The notes under the pieces were generated by a model that did no database searches, was not told the origin of the DNA, and saw only the letters and a program-made list of their open reading frames with translations. Positions 19,114-29,586 of a stretch of 64,000 nt of DNA are shown here, piece by piece. The stretch's first letter is position 1. Every line of letters starts with the position of its first letter. The stretch spans positions 7,008,001 to 7,072,000 of the forward strand of contig CAVUSO010000001.1 in the NCBI GenBank assembly GCA_963744145.1. The letters are read 5' to 3'. Made by a program: the position numbers and the translations under genes. The stretch comes from an uncultured cyanobacterium. Lineage in GTDB: Bacteria; Cyanobacteriota; Cyanobacteriia; Cyanobacteriales; CAWUOF01.

Positions 19114-19446
19114 TCAAAGTGCGTGGGATTTTACATGAATAAGCTCACGTTCAACAGTTTTTTTTCGTAAAATACCTGCGATCGTTTCCAAGACTTCAGA
19201 TAGCTCATTATCATTCAGAAAATTTATTGATGGGAGCTGTTCACCCAGGAGCAAGCTAAAAAGATACTGCTTAGCATCAAAGGGTAGGGCGGTGATTATG
19301 ACCTCAAGACTGTCTGAATAAACCCGTTGTTTGCCTTTGCGAAACTGGCTAATCATTTGCTGACTAACCCCCGACTGCTCAGAAAGCCACTTGGCACTAA
19401 TGCTGTATGTGTCTAGGGTTCTGTCGATCGCTTCAGAAAATTTCAT
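19114..19446 (-). CDS. XRE-like HTH regulator
   Basis: AKWLSEQSGVSQQMISQFRKGK; start uncertain. Confidence 0.75.
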   Translation of the reverse strand: MKFSEAIDRTLDTYSISAKWLSEQSGVSQQMISQFRKGKQRVYSDSLEVIITALPFDAKQYLFSLLLGEQLPSINFLNDNELSEVLETIAGILRKKTVERELIHVKSHAL

Positions 19447-19659
19447 CTTCATAGATTTATCTTTATCGTCCTTGTTACAAATTCTTTTACAAAAATTAAC
19501 AATATAATTCATTCAAGACTGAATTTATGCGCTAAGATTCAGTTAATGCTTAACTAAATATACACCGTTCACATCTAAAGCATACCAAATGATTAGACAG
19601 ATTCAAGCACAGACCATTATCAATCTATTCCCCAATCTACTCGATTGGCAATTAACTAA

Positions 19660-20977
19660 GAGTATTCCAACTAAAAAATGATCCAAAACTTTAGTCACTT
19701 CGACAAAAGATTTCAACTCACCATTTTTTCAAAGTTGGTAAGCGATAAATCTGCTCTTCGATTTGCTCCATTGCTTGTTCTGTAAGTTTAACTCCTGTAT
19801 GATAAATTTTCTCAACCAAAGTAACCACAGGCTGTTTGCCCTTAAAAGTTAGGGTAGAAGCAAATTTGAGGATGGTATCAACCCGATCAAGTAAGCTGCC
19901 ACGCCAATGTTGCTCAAGCCAACCAAAAGCACGCTCAACCGGATTATATTTACTATGATAGGGAGGATAATAAGCTAGTTGAATATTTAGTTGAAATTTG
20001 TGAACGAACTTCAGGAGCCGATCCATAAACTGAGTAAGTCGAGAATGGTTTTCCGGTCCATTATCTTGGTTGATGACTAATTTCCGAATCTGGGCAAAGG
20101 GGTCTTTCACACTCATCCACCATTGCTCAAGGATATCAACAATACAATCCGCCGTTAGTTTCGACTGTACGAAAAATAGAAATAACTCGTTTTCTTTAGG
20201 TAGAAAAATCCCGTAAGGGGTAATTGCTGGACAATTTGAAAAGTCGTGATCGTAGGCCACCGTTTTGGTCCGGGTCTTTCCACCTCGGTCGAACTCTCCA
20301 ATTTTGATTCCTGCCTTGGCATCTAGAGAAATTCTCAATGTGGTTGAGTCATCATCTGCTTGCTGATTGATGCGGTTAACTTCTGTAAAGATGGCTTCGG
20401 TTTCTGGGATCTGTTTGATTGGGTTGGTTTTAGCCACCCTTTTTCATCCATAACCGAGTTGATTTAATCTTTGTCTAATTACCGCCGCGGTTGGGAGTTC
20501 TTCATCTTGATACCCTTTGATTTCTATCAATTGCTGACGGACTTGCGCGGCTGATAGTCTGGTCTACAAACGGGTACTATCAAAACTTGGGTCAGTTTGG
20601 CTTTGTGGCTCTACAATTGAACGTAGAGCTTCTAGGAAATTTGGCAGCCGATGTTCCGTTGATTTACTGCCTCTCAACCGGAATGAGTCGGCGATCGACA
20701 TGCCATGCTCTAACTCCTGCATCCCTTTCCGAATTGTCCGTCGATTCCATCCTAATTCTCGTTCTGCAATTGTTGCTCCTCCTCGTCCCCATCCTTTCAC
20801 TACTTCTGCCATGAATTGTCTTCGGTCACTTCCTTTTAGCTTTTGTGCTGTCTTGATGTACAACGACCTCAGACTATCAGTTAGTTGGATTAACGATTTT
20901 GAAGACATTAACCATACCCCATACTAATTATTCTCTCAGTATCCCTGGTTTTGGATCATTTTTTCCTTGGATTACTC
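19660..20977 (-). mobile_element. ISAzo13-family IS, transposase pseudogene
   Basis: 30-bp TIR GAGTAwTCCAA..AAAAAATGATCCAAAAC; fragments 20564-20908 and 19718-20437 with RISLDAKA, NQDNGPEN, YPPYHSKYNPVER. Confidence 0.9.
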
Positions 20978-21872
20978 TTATGTAGCGATAGATCGGACAA
21001 ATTGGAAAGGGATAAATTTATTTATAGTTAGTGTAATTTGGGATCAAAGAAGCTTTCCTGTATATTTTGAATTATTACCGAAATTAGGTAATAGCAACTT
21101 CTCTGAGCAAAAAGGAATTTTATCTCAAGTATTACCATTATTTAGCAATTATAAAGTCTGCCTTTTAGGAGATAGGGAATTTTGTTCAATTCAGCTAGCA
21201 AATTGGCTGTCAGAGCAGCAAATTTACTTCTGTTTACGTCTCAAAAAAAGCCATTTCATCGAACAAAAACCAGGCGTTTGGTTAACCTTAAAAGACTTAG
21301 GTTTATCTCCGGGTGTTTCCCTATTTATCAAAGGAGTTAAAGTTACTAAAACTCACAGCTCATTGGGATTTAATCTGGCTGGTAAATCGCCAAGAAAAAT
21401 TTGCGGATTAGCTCCGGAAGAAGCCTGGTTTATTTTGACAAATTTTGAGACTTTAGCCGCAGCAATTTCGGCTTATAAAAAACGATTTGAGCTTGAGGAA
21501 ATGTTTAGGGATTTTAAGAAAGGTGGCTATAATTTAGAGGATACTAATGTTGCAGATGAGCGTTTAATCAGCCTAATTATCTTAATATCAATTGCTTATA
21601 CTTCGGCCACATTACAAGGACAAAAAATTAAAGCCAAAGGTATCCAAAAATATGTTGGTCCTGTCAAAGAATCTGGACGTACTGAAAGAAGACATAGTAG
21701 TTTTTAGATCGGATTATATGGACAAACATGGGTAAATTTCGCAGATGATTGTCGAGAATTAGTGGAGGAGTTATTGAGATTAAATTGCAATAAGCGCAAG
21801 TATTATCAGCAAGGTTACAGGGCTATGATGCTTATTCTGTCTACATTTTAGCCATCTTTGTCGCCCCTTCAG
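20978..21872 (+). mobile_element. IS4-family element, 5'-truncated, premature stop at 21705-21707
   Basis: AIDRTNW, LGDREF, YKKRFELEEMFRDFKKGGYNLE; right TIR TTTGTCGCCCCTTCAG matches the left TIR at 35564. Confidence 0.85.
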
Positions 21873-22065
21873 CCTCCTGAGTTAATTAAATTGCATCTTC
21901 AATTAAGTCATCCTTATTATTGGAGTGGATTTACGATGATTGGTAATCCTTGGTAAATTAACCAACTCGATCGACCTTGGTCTTTAGACCTATTCTCCTC
22001 GTGAGAGATGGAGAAGGTATGATCGATATCATAACTGGTTGAGAATTGCTTGCATTTACCCATGA

Positions 22066-22776
22066 TTGATTATGCTCACCTCTGAACCCAAATTAGGACA
22101 TAATTTACCTACCGCCGAAGACTTACCTTTTTCTGACGATCGCCCTGTGGATAGTGAACTTCAAGATAAAATCTCCCATCTGTTAGAATCCATCCTGAAT
22201 TATATTTGGGCTAGCCGACCTGATTGGTTTTTTGGAATCGACATCGGTTGGTATTTTGACCCTCATCAACCCGCTTTAGCCCCAGACGCTTTGCTCAGTT
22301 TAGGAGTACCAAGAGTTTCAGGAGAAAACCTGCGTTTAAGTTATGTGACCTGGCAAGAAAATGGGGTAGTGCCAATTTTCATGCTCGAAGTAGTTTCTCG
22401 CACCCCAGGAGGTGAGTATAAACGCAAGAAAATTGAATATGCACAACAGGGAGTTTTGTATTATGTCATCTATGCTCCTTTCCGCCGTCGTTAGCCTAGA
22501 TTTATGGTGCATCGTCTAAGTGCAGGTAAGTACGAATTGCTCTCAGGTAATCCAGTTTGGCTGCCAGAAATTGGCTTAGGAATTGGCAAAGAAGTTGGTA
22601 CTTATCATGGGATTAAGCGAGAATGGTTATATTGGTATGACGAACAAGGACATCGATATCCAACCCCTGAAGAAATCACCCAACGAGAATATCAAGCCCG
22701 ACTTGAAGCCGAGCAACGAGTTCGGCGACTAGCAGCACAATTAGCAGCCCTGGGAATTGACCCTAATACAATTTGA
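22066..22776 (+). pseudogene. Uma2-family endonuclease with internal TAG
   Basis: PVDSELQ, APDALLSLGV, LEVVS; TAG at 22492-22494 where the second copy has CAG. Confidence 0.85.
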
Positions 22777-23181
22777 ATATTATAATTGATCGGGTGTTCT
22801 GCATCCGATCTTACTCATCCTCCCTGGAAATTACCTTAATTCAGGTTGAAGGAAAGCCGGTTTCTGAAACTATCATTGAGGAACGGCGCTAGACAGCAAT
22901 TTATTATTTCAAAACAATGGAAAATAATTCTCAGCGTCTGTGCGATCACGCTAATCCGGATATTATGCCCAGCTGGACATGGTAACTTCGTTCGCCATTC
23001 CTCACTTGGTTATAGCATTAAATTATCATATTTGCAAGATATCTATCCATAATCTCTTTCTTGTGATACCAATAGATCAGTAGGAGACTAGAGCAAACAC
23101 TGTAGATAGTCCTACTAAGGAAGATAACAATGACCCATCACCAGCGATCGCAACCTTGAAGGTAAAAAGGAAGAGACCAAG

Positions 23182-24798
23182 ATGTTCAGTCATATACCCA
23201 CCCCTCCCAAACGGGACGATTCGGTTAGTAAATTCTGTACATATCTAAGAATAGAGAAAGTAAATGATCGGTCAACTATTTACTGGAAATCCGTTCCTCA
23301 TTTGCAACGTCATATCAAATTGTACAAAGAGAAACACGAACAATTTTTATTGTTATTGGAGCAGGAAGATCAAGATAGAGAATTAGTGGTGTTTTGGATA
23401 GAGATAGCACTTCATCATCTCCCTCAACCAACTGCATGGGAATTGCCCAATCGGGAGGAATTAGCTGTACAACACTTACAATTTTACTGTGAAGAGAGTT
23501 GCTATTATGCTGCTAAAGAAATTTGGTTAAAAAATCAGTCTTTTGCTTGGGAAGACTATTTCGCTATTGGTCAAAGTTTGATTTATGACCGTGATGCTTT
23601 TAGAAGAATTTTAGCCAGATATAATTGCAGCCAAAGTCTATTTTCTACCTATATAAAATCTTCCTTAAGCAAGCATATTAAAGATAAAGCATCAGTGTCT
23701 AAATTTGGTCGTTGGCGATTATTATGTAAGGAAAAAGATGAGATATTAAAAGCCGCATTGTTAGCAGAGTCAGGATGGAAAACTGAGCAAACGAGAAATT
23801 TTTTATCTGCTCGAAAATGTTTTAAACAAGTTTATCATATTAATAAAGTTCAAAATCCTGCTCACAGAACTGGAACTATATGGCCTAATCCTGACTCTCG
23901 TGATTTCCAAGAATCTGCTGAAGTTTACAATACTGAGAAACGGTTGTTTTCTATAGCACCAGATCTTACTGGGGAGGAATTAGAAAAGTGGATGAATATC
24001 TGTATTATTGCTTTACAAAATTATGCTGATCAATCGATCCCATTATCTCATTGTACTTCGATAGAATTTCTCCAAGATGTCGGGCATGAATTTGAGCTAG
24101 AAAAAGAAAGCATTGCGAGAGAAACTGCATCATTAGCAGAGGAACAAGGAAGTATAATTAAGCGAATTGAGCGAGATTTATATCAGCAATTACTGACCTT
24201 AAAATCTGAACAGCAGGAAGTTATGATCCTTTATTATGGATGTAGTTGGAATCAAACCCAGATCGGAAATAGATATGGGGTTCGTCAAGATAATATCTCT
24301 CATCGGTTGAATAATATTAAACATAAGTTGCTCCAAACTTTAGTAAAATTAAGTCAACCTGATCTTCGGATTAAGTCTTACATAGATGAATGGTTTAAGC
24401 TTAACTATTTAGCTAATCAAACATCAAAAGATTTAATTAATGTTGCTTTATTAGCCGCTTTTAAGTTACTAGACGAACGAAAGCAACAGATCTTGCAACT
24501 CCGCTATGAGCAAAAGCAAAATGAAGCAGATATTGCTCGTCATTTCCATCTAACTCAAGCTGAAGTTTTGGCAATTATTCAATCTAGCAATTATCAGTTA
24601 GAAATTGCCTTAAGAAAGCAGATGGATCTTTGGATGAAAGAGATTATCAAAAGCTGGCTCAAGAATTTTTGTTTAGATTTAGTAAGGTCGGAATGTGATA
24701 ATTTAGAATTGTTATTTCCCGGCTTAAAAACAGCAAGTCCAGAGGAAATAAATTTATTATTAAAAGAGTGCTTAAAGAAGTTGATTGCTGAAAATTAA
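23182..24798 (+). CDS. sigma-70-like factor with two region-4-type HTHs
   Basis: QQEVMILYYG..WNQTQIG..YGVRQDNISHRL and QQILQLRY...EADIARHF. Confidence 0.7.
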   Translation: MFSHIPTPPKRDDSVSKFCTYLRIEKVNDRSTIYWKSVPHLQRHIKLYKEKHEQFLLLLEQEDQDRELVVFWIEIALHHLPQPTAWELPNREELAVQHLQFYCEESCYYAAKEIWLKNQSFAWEDYFAIGQSLIYDRDAFRRILARYNCSQSLFSTYIKSSLSKHIKDKASVSKFGRWRLLCKEKDEILKAALLAESGWKTEQTRNFLSARKCFKQVYHINKVQNPAHRTGTIWPNPDSRDFQESAEVYNTEKRLFSIAPDLTGEELEKWMNICIIALQNYADQSIPLSHCTSIEFLQDVGHEFELEKESIARETASLAEEQGSIIKRIERDLYQQLLTLKSEQQEVMILYYGCSWNQTQIGNRYGVRQDNISHRLNNIKHKLLQTLVKLSQPDLRIKSYIDEWFKLNYLANQTSKDLINVALLAAFKLLDERKQQILQLRYEQKQNEADIARHFHLTQAEVLAIIQSSNYQLEIALRKQMDLWMKEIIKSWLKNFCLDLVRSECDNLELLFPGLKTASPEEINLLLKECLKKLIAEN

Positions 24799-24808
24799 GG
24801 AGGCTAGC

Positions 24809-26281
24809 ATGATGTACGAAATTAATGAAATCAAAAATATGGAATTGAACCAATTGTGGCTGTTCATTAATCCCGATACTCAAAAAGTAGCATGGGAGAA
24901 AGCTCAGAAACATTCTAATGCGATCGCTCGCTATAATGCCTATGTGAATAATATTTGTTTACAAACGTTCTTAAAATGGTTTAGTGATTGGCTGATTGAA
25001 GAAGTGACCATTCAACCGACAATATGGTCTAATGAGCAAGCTTTACCTACTTTTTGGGAAATAGTTAATGGTACAGCTATTCAATTAGGTGAAACGCGAC
25101 TGATAATAATTCCCACGGAAACAACAGATTTAGAAGAGTTACGAGTGCCCCAGGAATGGGTGGATATTCCTAATTGGATGGGAGACTATTATTTGGCAGT
25201 AGAGGTAAATTTAGAAAGTGATGAAAATGAATGCTGGATTAGAGTACATGGTTTTGCTACTCATCGTCAGCTTAAGTATGAGGGTATTTATGATCAGAGC
25301 GATCGCACTTATAGTTTAGCTGTAGATCAGTTAACCGAGAGTCTAGAGGTGATGCAGATAATTTGTGGTTTGAATGTGCGGGCAGAAGTTGCTCAATTGC
25401 CACAAATGGAAGCTTCAGCGATCGATAAATTATTGCAGTTATTTGGTGATGCTTCTATATATTCTCCTCGGTTGCGAACTGATATACCCTTTGTAGAATG
25501 GGCGACTTTGTTAGCATCAGAAAAATATAGACAACAGCTATATAATCGACGGATGGGATTATTAGTACCACAACCAATAGATTTAAAAGCATGGTTGCAA
25601 AAGCTGACAGATCAGACACAAATAGCAATGGATGAGATCTGGCAAACTTATGAAACATTATTTGTGCCATTAACACCAGTTTGGAATAATCGAGGGGTAG
25701 AAAAAAACCATGAGGGGAGTTATCGGGATGCGATCGCTGCGATAATTCCACTTTTAGATCCGCAAAAATCTGATGAACGGACTCGGTGTCAAGCTGCGGG
25801 GGTATTAGGAAAAATTGGCATTGGTAATCGAGATGCAATTAAAGCTTTAACGGAATTATTGCAAACTGCTAATGATGAAGAAACTCGTTGGGAAGCTAGT
25901 TTGAGTTTAGGCAAAATTGACCCCGGAAATCCCTTAGCAGGTATTAAAAAAGCGCGATTAATTGACTTAGGAATGCAACTAGAAAGTTATCAGATTGGGT
26001 TAGTAGTTGCAATTATGCCTAAAGTTAAGGATAAAATCGGTGTTTTTCTGCAAGTACAGCCACTTAAAGATAGCGAAAGACTACCTCCTAATTTAAAAGT
26101 GAGTGTACTTTCTGAATTGGGTCAACCGATTGCAGGTTTGCAAAAAGAATCTCGTCGTAATGATACTAATGAAGGAATAGACAAATTTCTAGTTTTGCGT
26201 TTTAGTCCACCATCAGGAACTTTATTTCGAGTTCAGATTAGTTTGGGCGATCGCGCGATCACAGAAGATTTTATTGCTTAA
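24809..26281 (+). CDS. DUF1822-family protein with HEAT-like repeats
   Basis: WEIVNGTAIQLGETRL, ELRVPQEWVDIPNW.GDYYLAV; RCQAAGVLGKIG...RWEASLSLG. Confidence 0.8.
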   Translation: MMYEINEIKNMELNQLWLFINPDTQKVAWEKAQKHSNAIARYNAYVNNICLQTFLKWFSDWLIEEVTIQPTIWSNEQALPTFWEIVNGTAIQLGETRLIIIPTETTDLEELRVPQEWVDIPNWMGDYYLAVEVNLESDENECWIRVHGFATHRQLKYEGIYDQSDRTYSLAVDQLTESLEVMQIICGLNVRAEVAQLPQMEASAIDKLLQLFGDASIYSPRLRTDIPFVEWATLLASEKYRQQLYNRRMGLLVPQPIDLKAWLQKLTDQTQIAMDEIWQTYETLFVPLTPVWNNRGVEKNHEGSYRDAIAAIIPLLDPQKSDERTRCQAAGVLGKIGIGNRDAIKALTELLQTANDEETRWEASLSLGKIDPGNPLAGIKKARLIDLGMQLESYQIGLVVAIMPKVKDKIGVFLQVQPLKDSERLPPNLKVSVLSELGQPIAGLQKESRRNDTNEGIDKFLVLRFSPPSGTLFRVQISLGDRAITEDFIA

Positions 26282-26294
26282 AGGAGTAGTAGTC

Positions 26295-28685
26295 ATGGGA
26301 AAAGTTGCAGTTTTAAGTTTTATTGCCAATGAATCAAAATCTGACTTTACTGTCCACTTACAAATTTGTAAAGATGACGGTTTACCAGAATCAGAAATTA
26401 CTGGCGGTAAATTGCCAGCAAACCAAATAATCGAAGGTTGTTATTCAATGTGGAAAACCAACTTTCGTGGGATAAAATCGAATCTGAGAAGTAATGAAGA
26501 TGGTTGGGAAATAGATGATAATATTAGCCACTTTGCTAGTAATGAAGGAGTAGATGCTTGCCGTCAATATGTAGAGCAGTTAAACAAAAATATGCAAAAT
26601 TGGCTGGAAGAATCTAAAGATAAAAAATGGCAGAAAATTAGGGAAAAGCTCAGTCAAGAATTAGCTAAACACCCTGACATGAGACTGACTGTTAAATCAA
26701 ATATTTCTTTGTGGAAATTACCTTGGCACTGCTTCGATATATTGCAGAATTATCCTGATGTTGGTCTTAGTTTTAGTCTGGAAGATTACGAAATAGAAAA
26801 TTTACAAAAGGAAACTCTTGCTCATCAAGGTAAAGTCCGAATTCTGGCGGTTTTTGGCAATAATGAAAATTTAGATTTAGAACCAGATAAACAAGCAATT
26901 AGGAGTTTAAATGGTGTAGTTCCAGAATTTTTAGAGCAGGTGCGATCGCAGCAACTAATCGAAAAACTCCAAGATGAGACGGGCTGGGATATTTTCTACT
27001 TTGCTGGTCATAGTGAGACTGAAGATGAAAAAGGGAGAATTTACATCAATGAAACCGAATATTTAGAAATAAATCAATTTGCCAATACTTTAAAAGCAGC
27101 GATCAGAAAAGGTTTAAAAATAGTTATTTTTAATTCTTGTCAGGGGAGTGGATTAGCTTTAGCAGCAGCTAAATTGCAAATTCCCGTTGTTATTTTTATG
27201 CAAGAAAAAGTACCTGACCAAGTATCCCATAGTTTTGTAAAAGATTTTTTGACAGAATATGCTGGGGGGAAGTTGTTACATACTGCTTTTAGGAAAGCAC
27301 AAGAGAAACTGGAAAAATTTACTGATTTACCGGGATGTACTGGATTACCAAAGTTATACCAAAATCTGGGAGTAATACCTCCAACTTGGCAACAATTACG
27401 CGATAAAATTGAACCACATCCCTTACCATCACCACCACCTAAACCTAAGTTACAAACTGTTTTAATTGCTAGTTTTATTGTTACCAGTTTGATAGTTGGG
27501 GTGCGATCGCTTGGTTTTTTACAGGGTTTAGAATTAGCAGCTTATGACCATCTCATGCGAATGCGATTACCTGAAAAACCAGACGATCGGTTTTTGATTA
27601 TAACAGTCGGTGAAGAAGATATACAATATCAAGCAAAAAGATATAAAGATTTAAATCATTCCTTATCAGATACAGCATTCATGGATCTTTTAAATAAATT
27701 AGCTCCTCATCAGCCACGAGTAATTGGCTTAGATATTTATAGGGATTTATCTGAAAATTTCAGTAAAATTTTACCAAAAAATCAGAATTTTACATTAATA
27801 AATATATGTACAATATCTGGTAGCAAAATTAAAAGTATAAATCCTCCTCCTGGTATTACAAACGAATATTTTGGCTTTAATAATGTACCAAATGATCCAG
27901 ATGATGTTATCCGCAGGCAAATGCTATATAGGAGCAAGGATGATATTTGTCCAACAAATGATTCGTTCAGTTTAAAGATAGCGCTGAGTTATTTAAAAGC
28001 TAAGACAAATAGACTCAATGAAAATAAATTAGAAATTGCTTCACCATCATTAGGTAATTTCGCTTATCCGGAAAAATTTCAGCATAATTTTGGTGGTTAC
28101 AACTTATCGCCAGAAGAAGCTATGGGATATCAAATTCTACTAAATTACCGATCAGCTTCTTTCCCAAAAATTTCTATGAGGGAAATTTTTAACGGATCAA
28201 TGGATTCAAGACTTGCCGAATTGGTAAAATCTCGTATAGTTCTTATTGGTATTGACAAGGATAATGAAGACCAGCATTATACTCCTTATACTAATGGGCA
28301 AAAGCGTGAGAAATTACCTGGTGTAATTATCCAGGCGCACATGGCTAGTTCGATTATTAGCGCAGTTTTAGATAATCGTAGTTTATTATGGTGGTGTCCA
28401 AAATGGGTAGAAACGATTTGGAGTTGGAGTTGGTCTATCATAGGAGGGTTACTGATTTGGATGCTGCGATCGCCATTACTACAATTATTGGCAATTTTGG
28501 CGACATTAAGCACTATATATATAATCTGTTTGATATTTTTTCTATTTGCAGGTTGGATACCACTTATCCCATCCAGTTTAGCCTTGATAATTACCAGTGG
28601 AAGTGTAATAATTTACACAAATTTTTCCGAATCAAAAAATTGCAAATATTTTCTAAAAAAACTAAAGGAGGAAAATAGAATATGA
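26295..28685 (+). CDS. CHAT + CHASE2 membrane protein
   Basis: FYFAGHS...FNSC; ELAAYDHLMR, VIGLDIYRD, DPDDVIRR; three C-terminal TM helices; AAGGAG RBS. Confidence 0.88.
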   Translation: MGKVAVLSFIANESKSDFTVHLQICKDDGLPESEITGGKLPANQIIEGCYSMWKTNFRGIKSNLRSNEDGWEIDDNISHFASNEGVDACRQYVEQLNKNMQNWLEESKDKKWQKIREKLSQELAKHPDMRLTVKSNISLWKLPWHCFDILQNYPDVGLSFSLEDYEIENLQKETLAHQGKVRILAVFGNNENLDLEPDKQAIRSLNGVVPEFLEQVRSQQLIEKLQDETGWDIFYFAGHSETEDEKGRIYINETEYLEINQFANTLKAAIRKGLKIVIFNSCQGSGLALAAAKLQIPVVIFMQEKVPDQVSHSFVKDFLTEYAGGKLLHTAFRKAQEKLEKFTDLPGCTGLPKLYQNLGVIPPTWQQLRDKIEPHPLPSPPPKPKLQTVLIASFIVTSLIVGVRSLGFLQGLELAAYDHLMRMRLPEKPDDRFLIITVGEEDIQYQAKRYKDLNHSLSDTAFMDLLNKLAPHQPRVIGLDIYRDLSENFSKILPKNQNFTLINICTISGSKIKSINPPPGITNEYFGFNNVPNDPDDVIRRQMLYRSKDDICPTNDSFSLKIALSYLKAKTNRLNENKLEIASPSLGNFAYPEKFQHNFGGYNLSPEEAMGYQILLNYRSASFPKISMREIFNGSMDSRLAELVKSRIVLIGIDKDNEDQHYTPYTNGQKREKLPGVIIQAHMASSIISAVLDNRSLLWWCPKWVETIWSWSWSIIGGLLIWMLRSPLLQLLAILATLSTIYIICLIFFLFAGWIPLIPSSLALIITSGSVIIYTNFSESKNCKYFLKKLKEENRI

Positions 28686-29476
28686 ATACATATAAGTTAA
28701 GTTTTCGTTTGATAAATATTTTGGGTGCGATCAGTTGGATATTTATAAGCTTTACTATGTATCCTTCACAAGCATGGGGACAGTTAAACCAACCCAATAG
28801 TAATGTTAATAATAAAAGATTGCGCTTTATTCCACCAACATTAGAGGATCAAAATAATAATGATGGTGCACCTAAAGATGAAACAACCACAGGAGGACGT
28901 AATCCCTGTCCAAATGTAAAAATACCTTTAACTGCTTTGACACCTAGAAAAAAATTAGGTTTGAGTGTTAGTAAACAGCCTACTCTTTGGTTTTATGTTC
29001 CCTATTATTCACCTAATCTACAAGGTATAGAATTTGATTTGCTTGATTCAGAAAATAATCGTGTTTATAACTCACAGCGATTTCAGCCACAAGAAAACCA
29101 GAACTTCATTAGTATTCAGATTCCTAGTTCAATATCTTTAGAATCCAATAAAGATTATCAATGGGCATTGTATGTTTACTGTAATCCCGACAACTCATCT
29201 GATCATGCTGATTTCATGGGTGTGTTTCAAGTTACAGAAGGTAATCTTTCTCTGAATAGAGAATTACAAAAAGCAAAAACTTTGTTGCAACAAGTTGCTG
29301 CTTATGCAAATAATGGTATTTGGTATGATGCTGTGAATACATTAACTAGACTGCGATGTGAGCAACCAAAAAATGCCGAAATAGAAAGTGAATGGATTTC
29401 TTTCTTAGAGTCTGTTAAAGGGTTAGAAGAAATTAGCAAAGTTAGCGATATCAAGTGTTACAGCTATAAGGAATAA
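28682..29476 (+). CDS. DUF928-domain protein
   Basis: Signal peptide; PLTALTP, PTLWFYVPY, YANNGIWYDA. Confidence 0.85.
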   Translation: MNTYKLSFRLINILGAISWIFISFTMYPSQAWGQLNQPNSNVNNKRLRFIPPTLEDQNNNDGAPKDETTTGGRNPCPNVKIPLTALTPRKKLGLSVSKQPTLWFYVPYYSPNLQGIEFDLLDSENNRVYNSQRFQPQENQNFISIQIPSSISLESNKDYQWALYVYCNPDNSSDHADFMGVFQVTEGNLSLNRELQKAKTLLQQVAAYANNGIWYDAVNTLTRLRCEQPKNAEIESEWISFLESVKGLEEISKVSDIKCYSYKE

Positions 29477-29493
29477 GGGGTTCTCAGCAGAAG

Positions 29494-29565
29494 AAGGGTG
29501 AAGCATTCATATCTAATATTACTAGTTTGATCATTCAATTGTCGCTAAACATGCTTCACCCCTAC
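29494..29565. repeat. REP-like long inverted repeat between convergent genes
   Basis: GGGTGAAGCAT...ATGCTTCACCCCTAC. Confidence 0.65.
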
Positions 29566-29586
29566 ACTTAAATGAACCGTATTGAC

